Origin: Acidobacteriota bacterium
GTDB lineage: Bacteria; Acidobacteriota; UBA6911; RPQK01; JAJDTT01
Direction of reading: 5' to 3'
Length of the DNA: 64,000 nt
Assembly: GCA_965263035.1 (NCBI GenBank)
Contig: OZ253580.1
Coordinates: 5,632,001-5,696,000 of the forward strand
Part shown: piece after piece, positions 9,815 to 20,287 of the stretch
Numbering within the stretch: position 1 is the stretch's first letter
Layout of the letters: each line of letters begins with the position of its first letter
Notes under the pieces: model-generated
What the model was told of the DNA's origin: nothing
Databases searched by the model: none
Seen by the model: the letters and a program-made list of their open reading frames with translations, nothing else
Program-made: the position numbers and the translations under genes

Positions 9815-11497
9815 TCAGTCCAGCGGAAAGGTAACGGCCCCATCCGAGGGTGAGGAAACCGTACGGGCGTACTTGGCCAAGACGCCGGTCTTGGAACGAG
9901 GCCTGGAGGGTTTCCAGTTCCGGAGGCGGCGCCGGATCTCCTCGTCGCTCAACTCCACGTTCATCACGCGTTCCTCGATGTCCAGCTTGATGATGTCGCC
10001 ATCCTGCAAGGCGGCCAACGGTCCGCCGACGGCGGCTTCGGGAGCCACGTGCCCCACCACGAAACCCCGAGTGGCGCCCGAAAAACGCCCGTCCGTGATG
10101 AGAGCCACCTTGTCTCCCAATCCGGATCCCTGGACCGCTCCGGTGACTGCCAGCAGCTCTCGCATGCCCGGTCCACCCACGGGGCCCTCGTTGCGGATGA
10201 CGATGACGTCTCCCGGCTTGATCTGACCTTGCTTGATGGCGGCGAACGCCGTCTCCTCCCGGTCGAAGACCCGGGCGGGACCGGTGTGACCGTCCCGATC
10301 GACACCGGAGATTTTCAGCACGCACCCGTCGGGGGCCAGGTTTCCCCGCAAGATGATGAGGCCGCCGGTCTTCTTGACGGGATCGGATACGGGCCGGATG
10401 ACCTCTTGTCCCTCCGGAGCCTGACGGCGGGTCAGCTCCTGGGCCAGGGTCCTGCCGGTGACGGTGGGGAGCTCACCGTCGATGAGCCCCGCTTCCAGCA
10501 ACAGGCGGCCGACGTAGGTCATACCGCCGGCCTGGTGCATGTCGGGGGCGGTAAAGCGCCCCGCCGGCTTCAGGTCGGCCAGGACCGGAGTCTTGCGCGA
10601 GATCAGGTCGAAGTCGTCGATGTCCAGAGGAATGTCGGATTCCCGAGCGATGGCCAACAGATGGAGCACCACGTTGGTGGAGCCGGCCGTGGCCATGGCC
10701 CCCGTGATGGCATTGAGGATGGCCCGCCGGCTCAGGATGTCCCGGGGCCGGAGTCCCTGTTCCAGGAGCTGCATCACCAGCCGTCCGCATTCCAGGGCCG
10801 CCTCTTCCTTCTTGGGGTCCACCGCCGGGATTCCATTGAAGCCCATGGGGGAGATGCCCAACATCTCGAACGCGGTCGACATCGTGTTGGCGGTGAACTG
10901 GCCTCCGCACGCCCCCGCGCCGGGACAGGCGTAGTTCTCGATGCCCCTGAGTTCTTCCCGGTCGATTCGACCCGCATTGTAGGCCCCGATGGCCTCGTAG
11001 GCGTCCTGAACCGTGAGCTTACGCCCGTTGTATTCCCCCGGCATGATGGAACCGCTGTAGAGGATCAGACTGGGGATGTTGAGCCGCGACAGCGCCATGG
11101 CGGCGGCCGGGTTCGTCTTGTCGCATCCCGTGATGGCGACGAGGCCGTCGAACAGGTGTCCCCGGCAGACCAGCTCGATGGAGTCGGCGATGACCTCCCG
11201 GCTGACCAGCGACGCCTTCATGCCTTCGGTCCCCATGGCGATCCCGTCCGTCACCGAGATGCTGTTGAACTCCAGGGGAGTTCCGCCGGCGGCTCGAACC
11301 CCTTCCTTGACCTTTGCCGCCAGTCTGCGGTGGTTGAAGTTGCAGGGCGTGACCTCGATCCAGCAGTGGGAGACACCGATGAGAGGTTTGGCCAGGTCCT
11401 GGTCGGTGAAACCGATGGCCTTGAAGAAGGATCGAGCTCCCGCCCGGTCGGGCCCGTCCAGAAGAGTTCGGCTCTGGTGTCTCATATCGAATGGCAT
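9815..11497 (-). CDS. ilvD: Dihydroxy-acid dehydratase
   Basis: TPCN, DGIAMGTEGM, GCDK, GACGGQFTANTM, GSTN, TDGRFSG, GHVAPEA. Confidence 0.95.
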   Translation of the reverse strand: MPFDMRHQSRTLLDGPDRAGARSFFKAIGFTDQDLAKPLIGVSHCWIEVTPCNFNHRRLAAKVKEGVRAAGGTPLEFNSISVTDGIAMGTEGMKASLVSREVIADSIELVCRGHLFDGLVAITGCDKTNPAAAMALSRLNIPSLILYSGSIMPGEYNGRKLTVQDAYEAIGAYNAGRIDREELRGIENYACPGAGACGGQFTANTMSTAFEMLGISPMGFNGIPAVDPKKEEAALECGRLVMQLLEQGLRPRDILSRRAILNAITGAMATAGSTNVVLHLLAIARESDIPLDIDDFDLISRKTPVLADLKPAGRFTAPDMHQAGGMTYVGRLLLEAGLIDGELPTVTGRTLAQELTRRQAPEGQEVIRPVSDPVKKTGGLIILRGNLAPDGCVLKISGVDRDGHTGPARVFDREETAFAAIKQGQIKPGDVIVIRNEGPVGGPGMRELLAVTGAVQGSGLGDKVALITDGRFSGATRGFVVGHVAPEAAVGGPLAALQDGDIIKLDIEERVMNVELSDEEIRRRLRNWKPSRPRSKTGVLAKYARTVSSPSDGAVTFPLD

Positions 11498-11515
11498 GGT
11501 CCGGAAATTGTCTCA

Positions 11516-11549
11516 TATCTCACGATCGTCCGAGTTCTTGCGAAAGATA
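11516..11549. promoter_or_regulatory. 34-bp imperfect palindrome upstream of recombinase 1 (putative recombinase binding/crossover site)
   Basis: TATCTCACGATCG-TCCGAGTT-CTTGCGAAAGATA; homolog at 15289-15322 at identical spacing to the ATG. Confidence 0.55.
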
Positions 11550-11567
11550 CAGATAGAGGAACCACAC

Positions 11568-12560
11568 ATGGACGACAAATTCCTAGAGGACCTGGAACGG
11601 ACAACACTGGCCGAAAATGGACAACTGGACTGGCGATTGGAGCTTCACGGCATGGCCAAGAACACCCGCATCAACTACATGAGTAGGCTCGGCTTTTTCG
11701 ACAAGTACATGAGAAAACAGTGGCCCGGATACCCGCCGGAAGCTCCCAGCGACAAAATGTTGGCCCATTTTTTGATCATGGAATTCATCCGGGGTCTCGC
11801 CGCCTCCGGGCTAAAGGCTTCCGTGAACGCCGTGAACTGGCGAGCCACTGTTCTGGACCATGTCAAGCCCGCCGGAGCACGGACCCGGCGGAACCTGAAG
11901 AGACTTCGGGCATTATCCGGCCGGGAAGGAAGAGGACGTGGACAGGCTCCGTCTCTGACGTTAGATCAGGTCCACAACCTGATCCAGACGACGATCGAGG
12001 CTCGCGATTCCTGGTCTTTCCGGGATGCCGCGCTGATTTCGACCTGCTACTACGGAATGCTCAGAATCTCGGAAGCTGTGTCCCTGGATCGGGACGACGT
12101 GACATTCCTCGATGACGGGAGGGCTCGACTGTTCATACGCCAACGCAAAAACGATCAAGAGGCCAAGGGCTCCAAGATCACCTTGCCCGAAGACGGAGCC
12201 GAACTGCTCCGCGCCTGGCTCGACTCCGTAGGGATCACGTCCGGTCCCCTGTTCCGGGGCGTCCGGCCTGCTCGGTCCGGGCCGAACATCGGAGACTCTA
12301 ACTTGAGCAGAGAACAGGCCCAAAGGATCGTCCAAGGCCGCGCCAAGGACGCCAAGCTGGGACATATCACCACGCACTCGCTGAGACGGAGCCACGCCAG
12401 ACACTTGAAGGAAGCCGGCGCATCCCTGGTCGAAATCCAGCACGCTGGAGGCTGGCGGTCTACGGGAATGCCCGCGCTGTATTCCGGGCATGACGAAGCA
12501 CAAGGCGACGTGATGCAAAAGTTTTACCCGGTCAGGCCCAGGCTCCGGCGGGTGAAGTAG
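11568..12560 (+). CDS. Cre-like tyrosine recombinase 1
   Basis: RBS AGAGGA then ATG 11568; catalytic motifs MLRISE, RKND, HSLRRS, GGW, LY. Confidence 0.9.
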   Translation: MDDKFLEDLERTTLAENGQLDWRLELHGMAKNTRINYMSRLGFFDKYMRKQWPGYPPEAPSDKMLAHFLIMEFIRGLAASGLKASVNAVNWRATVLDHVKPAGARTRRNLKRLRALSGREGRGRGQAPSLTLDQVHNLIQTTIEARDSWSFRDAALISTCYYGMLRISEAVSLDRDDVTFLDDGRARLFIRQRKNDQEAKGSKITLPEDGAELLRAWLDSVGITSGPLFRGVRPARSGPNIGDSNLSREQAQRIVQGRAKDAKLGHITTHSLRRSHARHLKEAGASLVEIQHAGGWRSTGMPALYSGHDEAQGDVMQKFYPVRPRLRRVK

Positions 12561-12840
12561 CCGCCATTCGGCCCAGGCTGGCCGCTCTCGGAAAAGGAAG
12601 GTAAAGGTAGGGCGAAGGCCGCTCAGGAGCCGCCTGGGCCTCCTCACTCCCCCTCCGGCGGCTGCTATCGCCGTGCTCCCGATTCAGAGCAGATCGCTGA
12701 TCCTGACACACTTTCCAACATCTCAAAAGGTTTATTGCCCGGCCTGCTGATTCCTCGTTCTCTTCGAGCCATGTCAACTGTACTTCCAGTGATAGCTCCA
12801 TCTGTACGCTCTCCTGAGTCGATTTCCGCCGCGTAAGGGA

Positions 12841-14925
12841 TCAGGACGGACTCCGCCCCCATTCGAGGCCTTGGTGCCGATACCCCGCAAGGTACTTGGC
12901 CACTAGGTCCAGGACGTCATCGAAATCCCTCGGTTGAGTGGATTTCAGCTTTTCGATCCTGCCTCGCAAAATATCCTCATCGCCATACACGTCAACCAAC
13001 TCATCCCACTCCATACGAAAAGAACGGTGAACGATCCTTCCGGCGGCCTTCCGTGTCAACGTACGCGCTGACTCAAGCAGAGCCCGGGTCACGCGGGGCG
13101 AATCCGGGACTTCGAGAGGCGGTTCATCGGGACCAGACTCTTGTTTTATAGAGACGAACGTCCGGAGGAGACATTTTTCCTTGGCCAGAGATTCGGCTGG
13201 CGCAGATCGAACTTCCTCTCGCCAGATTCTTTCGAATTGCTGTGCCGCGCGCTCCGAGACGAGCTCGTGTCCTATGTTTTTTTGGTGTCCGACCAACATG
13301 ATCAGTTCCCACTTGGCCGACAACTGTTCGATCTGGGACAGGATGCATCGAACAGCATCCTCTATTCGGTCAGGGCTTTCGAGCTTTCGCACCAGCCGAT
13401 AGACTACTCTGCGGACGGCGTGGCGAGGTTCGAGGTCGAAAAACCCTCGCTGGAGATCAGGCATCTCGGGCAGGAGATTGAGGAGTACGATGCTTCCTGG
13501 TACGACGTGCTCCGGGCTGAACTGATCCTCGTACACTTCAAGGCCGGCAATGACATCCTGGCGCCTGTCAGCGGGCAAGATTCGCAGGTAATTGTCGAAG
13601 GCTTCGCGGTCCGCCATATGGCCCCATGCTTGTTCCGCTGCGGTAGATGCCTGGGAACCTTTATTGGGGACTCGTTCCAAGTACAGACGCATAAAATCTT
13701 CATCCGCCACGCGTCTCTCCTGAAGCCACGCGTCTTTAAAATCAGCGCCGTGGTTGAGGCCGCCAACATGCTGCTGGGCTGCGGGGAACAAGTGGAAGAT
13801 GAGTTGTCGGGCGACCCCTTTGTGGTCCGGTGCCGCCGTCTCGATCAGTTCGTTGATCTGATTTTCTCGGGACGATGGATCTTCGAGAGCACTCCTGGTC
13901 GAGGTCGTGGTGAGGCTGGGTATCGATTTGTGCAAGGCAGAAAACACACCCGGGAGAGACATGCGAATGGCTTCGAGGGCGAGAACATCCACCAGGTTGA
14001 CTCGGCCGTTGAGGGCTTGCACAGTACCGCGAATTGCAATGGCATAGCGACGAACATGCCTGATGTTTCTTATAGGGGGCCGGACGACGTCGTGAAACAC
14101 GTCAGGCCAGCGTTCCTCGTCGAATGGACCGGCATTTTCTATCCCCGAAAGCGCGCCGTCGATCGCGTGGGTAATCTGGCTGATCATCACCTCTTCCGGA
14201 ATCTCGGGGAGATCGATATCCCACTGTAGAATTTTCTCAAGATAGTCTCGTCCGCGGATCCCCGTCGATTCAGTCAGTGCCTTTTCCACCCGCTCCCGGT
14301 CGAATGCCGTGATGTAGATGACGTTTGGAAAATTCGCAGTCAGCCGGACGAGCTTGAATACCGCTCGGATTTCCGGGGTCGTCAGGCGGTCAATGTCATC
14401 GACGACGACGACGAGTGGCGTCCCGAGAGCAGTAAGGGCCTTCTTGACCTTGTCCCTGCGCTCGGCGATTCCCTCCTTCCTGAGATCGGGTAGATTTACA
14501 AGAAGTTTCATCGCCAGTCTCACCCGGTCAATCCATGGCCCAGCAACAGGTAGCCACCCCCACCTCATCCCGGAGAAGCTCTCTCCATAGCGGGTCAAAC
14601 TCTTACCCAACTCATAAAAACGACGACGGTCACGGCCTCTAAGCTGCGCCGAGAGTTCAACGAAGAAGGACTCGACGAGTTGTTCGGTGCCGCTAAACAT
14701 CCACGGGTTGAAGTCGAGGATCTCGATTCCCGCTTTTTTCAGGTGCGGACGAACCAGATTGACGAAGGACGTTTTTCCTGAACCCCAGGGCCCCAAGGCA
14801 CCGGTCACGAGACCCTCCGAGGCGTCGAGCGAGAGAAGCTGTTCGGAAAACGATTCCGCTAGCTTTGCCCTGCCGAGGACATCCTCCTCGGGATTCCGAA
14901 TAGGGGTATCCATCCTAATTGTCAT
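12841..14925 (-). CDS. KAP family P-loop NTPase
   Basis: EDVLGRAKLA, GPWGSGKTS, FNPWMF, VVVDDIDRL, YLEKI. Confidence 0.92.
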   Translation of the reverse strand: MTIRMDTPIRNPEEDVLGRAKLAESFSEQLLSLDASEGLVTGALGPWGSGKTSFVNLVRPHLKKAGIEILDFNPWMFSGTEQLVESFFVELSAQLRGRDRRRFYELGKSLTRYGESFSGMRWGWLPVAGPWIDRVRLAMKLLVNLPDLRKEGIAERRDKVKKALTALGTPLVVVVDDIDRLTTPEIRAVFKLVRLTANFPNVIYITAFDRERVEKALTESTGIRGRDYLEKILQWDIDLPEIPEEVMISQITHAIDGALSGIENAGPFDEERWPDVFHDVVRPPIRNIRHVRRYAIAIRGTVQALNGRVNLVDVLALEAIRMSLPGVFSALHKSIPSLTTTSTRSALEDPSSRENQINELIETAAPDHKGVARQLIFHLFPAAQQHVGGLNHGADFKDAWLQERRVADEDFMRLYLERVPNKGSQASTAAEQAWGHMADREAFDNYLRILPADRRQDVIAGLEVYEDQFSPEHVVPGSIVLLNLLPEMPDLQRGFFDLEPRHAVRRVVYRLVRKLESPDRIEDAVRCILSQIEQLSAKWELIMLVGHQKNIGHELVSERAAQQFERIWREEVRSAPAESLAKEKCLLRTFVSIKQESGPDEPPLEVPDSPRVTRALLESARTLTRKAAGRIVHRSFRMEWDELVDVYGDEDILRGRIEKLKSTQPRDFDDVLDLVAKYLAGYRHQGLEWGRSPS

Positions 14926-15288
14926 GGTCCTTTAACCACCACCTCGCGGGCCGGGGGGATGTCGTCGGCCGGCGGACCCGGTCATCGACGAGGCAATGTC
15001 AAACTCGTTGACTCCTTCCGGATCCGCCGCCCCATGCGGCGATCGCCGGCGACCTCCCTCCGGATGTTCGGATTTTATCACGCCCTCCTCCGCTTCTCGG
15101 AGAAACGCCGCCTTCTTCCGAACGATCCCCATCTCTTTGCGAGCGCCCCCTCTTCTCGCAAAAAATCCCTCCTCTCCTTGGAAATCGTCACCCGGATAAG
15201 ATGCTTTACGGACAATAATTCGGTGCCGGTGCTTGAGCGGTCACGCTCGGCAGCTCTCACCCTTGAGACCACAACTTCCGCGCAAATT

Positions 15289-15322
15289 CATCTATCGATC
15301 GTGTTCGTTCTTGCGAAAGAGA
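15289..15322. promoter_or_regulatory. 34-bp site upstream of recombinase 2, homologous to 11516-11549
   Basis: CATCTATCGATCG-TGTTCGTT-CTTGCGAAAGAGA. Confidence 0.55.
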
Positions 15323-15340
15323 AGAGTAGGAGGTATCAAC

Positions 15341-16339
15341 ATGAGCGGAAGACTAAACCTGGATGATTTGGAACGAACCGTGCTGGCTGGGGACGAGGAC
15401 CGGGACTGGAGGCGGAAGCTGCGAGCCCGGCCAGCGGGGACGCAGAGAGCCTATGGATCACGCCTGCTCCGGTTCGACCGCTGGATGGCCAAACGCTTCG
15501 CCGACGTAGACCCGGAGCGACCCAAAGACCAGCACGTCGCTCTTCACCTGATCCGGGAGTTCAAACGAGGACGAACCGGCGCGGTCCTGCGACTGAGCAC
15601 CACCGCCTTGCGTTGGAGGGCCAACGCGCTGGACCAGCCTTCGCCAATCGGACGCAAGACGCGGGAAACCCTGGATGTGCTGCTCCGGGAATTGGCCCGA
15701 GTCGGACGGACCAAACGTAGCGCTCCCAGCTTGTCCGAATCGGAAATGGACCGGCTGTTCCGGCAAGCCGAATCCGCCGTCGTCCCGTGGGGACTCCGAG
15801 ACGGTGCGCTAATAGCCGCCTGCTTTTACGGGCTGCTCAGGGCCTCCGAAGCCCTGGCCCTCGATGTCCAGGACGTCCGGTTCCAGCTCAACGGGGAAGC
15901 CACGCTCAGAATCCGCCGGAGCAAAACCGACCAGCATGGGGAGGGCCGGAACGTCACCCTGATTCCCGCCGCTGCGGATCGGCTCCGGCGCTGGACCGAC
16001 TTCGTCGAAATCCAGACCGGCCCCGTCTTTCGCTCTATCCACCGGCTGCCCTTCGGGGATTATCAGATTCGCAGCAAGCGCCTGTCCTTCAACACCTTCC
16101 ACGGACTGCTCGCATATCGCGCCAAACAAGCCGGGCTCGGGAGGGTGAGTACGCACACTTTGAGAAGGAGCGGCGCCAGGGCGCTCATGGAGCGGGGTGC
16201 TACCGTAGCCGAGTTCCAGTTGGCCGGAGGCTGGACAAGCGGCTTGATGGCGGTCTACTACGCCTGAAACCCGGAGGCTCAGGGTGCCGTCGTGCGAAAG
16301 TATTTCTCGGGAGCCCCAAAGCTCAAAGCCGTCAAGTAG
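15341..16339 (+). pseudogene. Cre-like tyrosine recombinase 2 (paralog of recombinase 1) with premature TGA at 16265-16267
   Basis: LLRASE, RSKTD, HTLRRS, GGW, YY; the frame continues after the stop as NPEAQGAVVRKYFSGAPKLKAVK, matching the recombinase 1 tail HDEAQGDVMQKFYPVRPRLRRVK. Confidence 0.8.
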
Positions 16340-16539
16340 AGTCGCCGTAGGAGCCCCCCAGACGTTTGGAAGGTCCTAGACCTTGGCCGAGGCCCGTCCG
16401 TTGATCTGGGCCGCCCAGGGGCGAGGAAGGGGGCCGGGAAACCCTGTAAGAAACCCGACCCCTGGAGGAACGGCCCTGGCCTGATCGCCAAATCGCCAGA
16501 GCCTATGACGGTTCCGAGTCCAAAACTGGCGGACCGATT

Positions 16540-17169
16540 GTGGCTGGCCCGCCAGGACCGCCGCCTTCTCGACTTCCATGCCGCCGTTGACCAGAGACTG
16601 GAACGCCCGCGCCCTCCCCGTCAGATCGGAGGCAAACAGGGGCGCCAGGTCCAGCGTCACCGGCATCTCCAGCTTGGCCCGGAACTCCGCCTCCAGCCGG
16701 TTGACCAGGGGCTGGAGCGCCGCGTGAGCCCAGTATCGGAAACTCTCCCGCCTTGCGCTCCCGTCGGACCGATCCCCGAGCATGGCCGAGGGGATTCCGC
16801 AAGCCGAAAGTACGGACTGTTTTGCGTCTTCCCGGAGCGTACACAGTGCCTCCGGTGGAGCCGGTCAAGCCTGGACGGTATCCAGTCTTTCTGAGGTGCC
16901 GCATCCCGGCCCTCACCGAAGCCTACCGCCGTCGTCTCCACTAGGGCCAGCCCTCCGGCCAGCGTCTTGAGGTCGGCTTTCATGGGCGCCAGAGGGTCGT
17001 CCGCTTCGTCCTGTTCGGCATGGGGAACGGGGAGCAAGAATCCGGTAGGAGTTGAGGACTCATTTGCTAGCCAACTTTCCAAGGCTTTGTCCAGGGACCC
17101 GGTTTGGTCCGCAACCTCCAGGGGTCCGCAGCCCTTCCACGGGACGCAGGGATCGATGGCCCACCGCAT
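16540..17169 (-). pseudogene. Phage portal protein remnant (frameshifted)
   Basis: Fragments GGLALVETTAVGFGEGRDAAPQKDW and ARRESFRYWAHAALQPLVNRLEAEFRAKLE...PLFASDLTGRARAFQSLVNGGM in different frames. Confidence 0.65.
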
Positions 17170-17476
17170 CTAGGCGGGAGAGCATACCCAGGTTTATTCG
17201 GGCCTTCTTACTGTGGAAAATAGCTCGTCCTAACCGCGCCCTGAATGGACCGCACAACTCACCTACAAACAAGGCTTGGAGCTGTTGGGACTTGTCCCGG
17301 AGAGGGCAATCGGCTACTATTAGATGTTCCTAGGTGAGCCCGCCGAGTGCTTGAACACCCGGCAGGCTCTATGCTCACTCGTCCTGCGTCGGAGGAAGAG
17401 CCAGCCTAATTGGTATTCTACCTGAATCCCTCCGCTGCCTGAATCCGGCGCAGGACAATCTCCTGGAAGACTTGCC

Positions 17477-18346
17477 ATGTCTGATGCACCCAAAGACGAC
17501 ACCAGACGTAATCTGACCATTATTGGAATCATTCTGGCTGTACTAATCCTTATGATTTCGCTAGTTGTCCTGATCGATCCCGAACTGGGGGCAGCTTTCA
17601 TGCAGGTTCAGAAGGACCAGCATGAAGACATGATCGAAACGGAGAGTTCACAGGAATCCCTGAACGCCTTAGATCTTCGACAGAATCCGGTTCCGGAATC
17701 TAGCCACTCCGAGTCCGACCCATCTGTCGTCCGGGTCAGCAACGAAGTGCCCGACGACAATGGGACCGTCGGCGTATGGTGGAGGGACGCCGGTGCCCTT
17801 TCCGGAAAACTTCGGATCAAGCAGGTGGGAGCCAAGCTGACGGCAAACTGGACCTTCATGAACGGGCAAACCATGACTCGGAAACTCGTAGAGTCCAAGG
17901 AAGCCGGACTGAGGCGGTTCGACATCCCGGAGAGCGCACCCCACAACGAGTATTACATCCTCCAAGAGGATGGGTGGTTGCGCCTGGGTGGTCCCAACGG
18001 CGTGTTTCAAGTAATCCCACCCGACTCGTTGAACATCCCTAAAAGCGCCCCTCCAAACCCGCAGGCATACTCGCCTGCAAGAGGGCACTCCTCTTGTGAC
18101 GGATTGAAGCACCTTGATCCCTGGAACGGGGAGAGTCCCGAATTGAACCGGGCAGTGCAGCTCCGCCTGAACGATCCCAATAGCTTGGAGGTGTTGGAAA
18201 CGAAGATCGGCGAGAACGAGTCCGGGCGTCACCTCATCACGATGGAGTTCACGGCCCGAACCCCATTTGGGGGAAGAAAAAGAATGCGGGCTGTGGGCTG
18301 GCTGGATCACGACACCAAGGATGTGGAATTGACCTTCTTGAGATAG
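17477..18346 (+). CDS. Hypothetical protein with N-terminal membrane anchor
   Basis: 289-aa ORF, single TM (IIGIILAVLILMISLVVLI) then soluble domains. Confidence 0.7.
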   Translation: MSDAPKDDTRRNLTIIGIILAVLILMISLVVLIDPELGAAFMQVQKDQHEDMIETESSQESLNALDLRQNPVPESSHSESDPSVVRVSNEVPDDNGTVGVWWRDAGALSGKLRIKQVGAKLTANWTFMNGQTMTRKLVESKEAGLRRFDIPESAPHNEYYILQEDGWLRLGGPNGVFQVIPPDSLNIPKSAPPNPQAYSPARGHSSCDGLKHLDPWNGESPELNRAVQLRLNDPNSLEVLETKIGENESGRHLITMEFTARTPFGGRKRMRAVGWLDHDTKDVELTFLR

Positions 18347-18444
18347 CCTGGAGGTAGTCGTAAGTCCGGTTGGGCAAGACTGATATTAAGATCCACCGCC
18401 TCCGCGCTTGGCCCGTGTCGCTTGATTTTCCATTGACGGTACCA

Positions 18445-18987
18445 ATGGGACATTACCCAAGCGAAATCGAAGACGCGCTGCATGACCTGCTCTCCCAACC
18501 AGCCTACTTCCATCGTGTAACTCGTTTTCAAGGTCCTCGCGCTCGCACCACTGGAGAAACCACCGGACGACCCAGGCATAGGGCTGCCGGGTCTCGGCGT
18601 TGGATTATCCGGGCAGAGAACAACTCGTCGGCCGCAACGCAGGCGGTGGCGCCAGCCCGTTCCAGGACCGGCGGGGGAACCTCCGCAGGCAGGTCCCCGC
18701 GGGCGGCCTGTGAGCGGGTCCGGGAACTGGTGAGTTAGCACGATGACCAGGTGGTGCTGTTGATTTGGGGCGGCCGGATTCTCGGCTGGTCCCTGCGCCG
18801 CATTGCGGCGGCCCTGGAAGGGTCGATCGCGCCTCCCGGTCGCCGCGCCGGGTACACAGCCGGCCATTGGACAGCGGCTACGGTCCAGCGGATCTGCCGC
18901 CGGCATGGGATCGCAACGGATCGTCCGGCCGATCCGCCTCGTGTTTTGCTCGACTCTCTGAGACGGGGTTCCGGTCCCCGCCGGTAG
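18445..18987 (+). pseudogene. Degraded gene with C-terminal HTH/recombinase-like motif
   Basis: Two in-frame ORFs split by TAG 18736-18738; GWSLRRIAAALE...GHWTAATVQRIC resembles the serine-recombinase DNA-binding domain. Confidence 0.4.
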
Positions 18988-19047
18988 AAGGAGAAGGACG
19001 GATACAGTCCCCCGAGGCCCGAGGACGCTCCGGCTGACCGTCTTCTT

Positions 19048-19965
19048 CTATCTCAGGTTGAACTGGACTTCGATGGTCGCAAAGACATCCACCGGTCTCC
19101 CATTGAGCCTTCCGGGCCGAAAGCGCCAGTTGGTCTCGATCTCCCGGATGGCCTGCTCTTCCAATCCGTGGCCCAATCCCTGAATGACCTTGAAGCTGTC
19201 GACGTTGCCGTCCTTTCGGATGATGGCCTGGAGCCAGACCACACCCTGAACCTTGGCGTCCTGGGCGGCCTGGGTGTAACTGGGAGTCGTCTGCACTATG
19301 GGGACGGGGTTGGTAACTCCGTCCCCAGATCGATAGACGTGGCCGCCGTCTCCAGCCTCAGATCCCGAGCCCTCGCCCAGACTCTTACCTCGGCCGATGC
19401 GCTCCCAAAGCTCACTGGAGAGTTTCTGTGCCTCGTCGACTTGCTTGGCAGACATTTCTGATCTGAGCAAGGTTTTTTGGCGGGCGGCGAGGGACTGTCG
19501 CTGGGCGGCGGCGAGATTCGACCAGGCATAGGCTTTCACGTAGTCTTTCGGCACACCCTCGCCATTAGCGTACATGACTCCAAGGTCGAATTGGGCGTCG
19601 ACGTGACCCTGCTCGGCGGCCATCCGATACCACTTCACCGCTTCCTGATCATTCTCCGGCACGTCTCGACCACGAGAGTACATTGTTCCAAGAGTGAATT
19701 GGGCGGCGGCGTGACCCTGTTCGGCAGCCATCCGATACCATCTCACCGCTTCCCGATCATTCTCCGGCACGCCGTCACCATCATCGTATCTGAGGCCTAG
19801 GTTGAATTGAGCGTTGGCGTCGCCTTGCTCCGCCGCCGTTTGTAGAGGCCCGATGTCCTGGGCTTCGGCAGGTTCGGATTGAAACGCAGCCAGAATGACA
19901 AGGGAAAGGAGCCGGCGCGGGAGCCTAGCTATTCGGGGGTCTTGGGAGGTCATGGGACGAAGCAT
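19048..19965 (-). CDS. Sel1-repeat protein fused to TonB C-terminal domain
   Basis: Three AAEQG-x-A-AQF-LG--Y--G-GVP repeats; C-terminal PSYTQAAQDAKVQGVV...WRFRPGRLNGRPVDV. Confidence 0.9.
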   Translation of the reverse strand: MLRPMTSQDPRIARLPRRLLSLVILAAFQSEPAEAQDIGPLQTAAEQGDANAQFNLGLRYDDGDGVPENDREAVRWYRMAAEQGHAAAQFTLGTMYSRGRDVPENDQEAVKWYRMAAEQGHVDAQFDLGVMYANGEGVPKDYVKAYAWSNLAAAQRQSLAARQKTLLRSEMSAKQVDEAQKLSSELWERIGRGKSLGEGSGSEAGDGGHVYRSGDGVTNPVPIVQTTPSYTQAAQDAKVQGVVWLQAIIRKDGNVDSFKVIQGLGHGLEEQAIREIETNWRFRPGRLNGRPVDVFATIEVQFNLR

Positions 19966-20159
19966 ATCCTCTTCTATCAGAGGGACGCTACGCTCCCCCT
20001 GTGGTGACTCGGTTCCCGGATAGAATGCGGTAAGGGGCTTTACCGCATCCTTCCCCTCTGATGGTCTTTGGATCGCTCACAAGGGGAGATCGAGAAAATC
20101 CTGGATTCCCGAAAATTCGAGCCCGTGAGAGGGCCTAGAATCGACAATCTCGATCGAGG

Positions 20160-20186
20160 CAAGGATAAGGGTATAGGCCCCTGGCG
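20160..20186 (+). repeat. ~27-bp direct repeat, copy 1 (flanks DUF6602 gene)
   Basis: CAAGGATAAGGGTATAGGCCCCTGGCG versus CAAGGGATAAGGTATAGGCCCCCAGGCG at 21406. Confidence 0.6.
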
Positions 20187-20287
20187 GATCTCGCGCCTCC
20201 ACCAGCGCCTCGCGGCGGAGCGGGGAACTCTCAAGCGCGTAGCGCTGCCCTTCTGTGGATGTCCGACCAACATGGGAGACTGACGAC

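Noticed and set aside
11497-11560. Expected duplicated tRNA 3' end (att site) at the far island boundary
   Set aside because: No copy of the tRNA 3' sequence seen by eye here or elsewhere in the island
11076-11567. N-terminal extension of recombinase 1 in the ORF track (494 aa)
   Set aside because: Overlaps ilvD antisense; RBS and paralog alignment support ATG 11568
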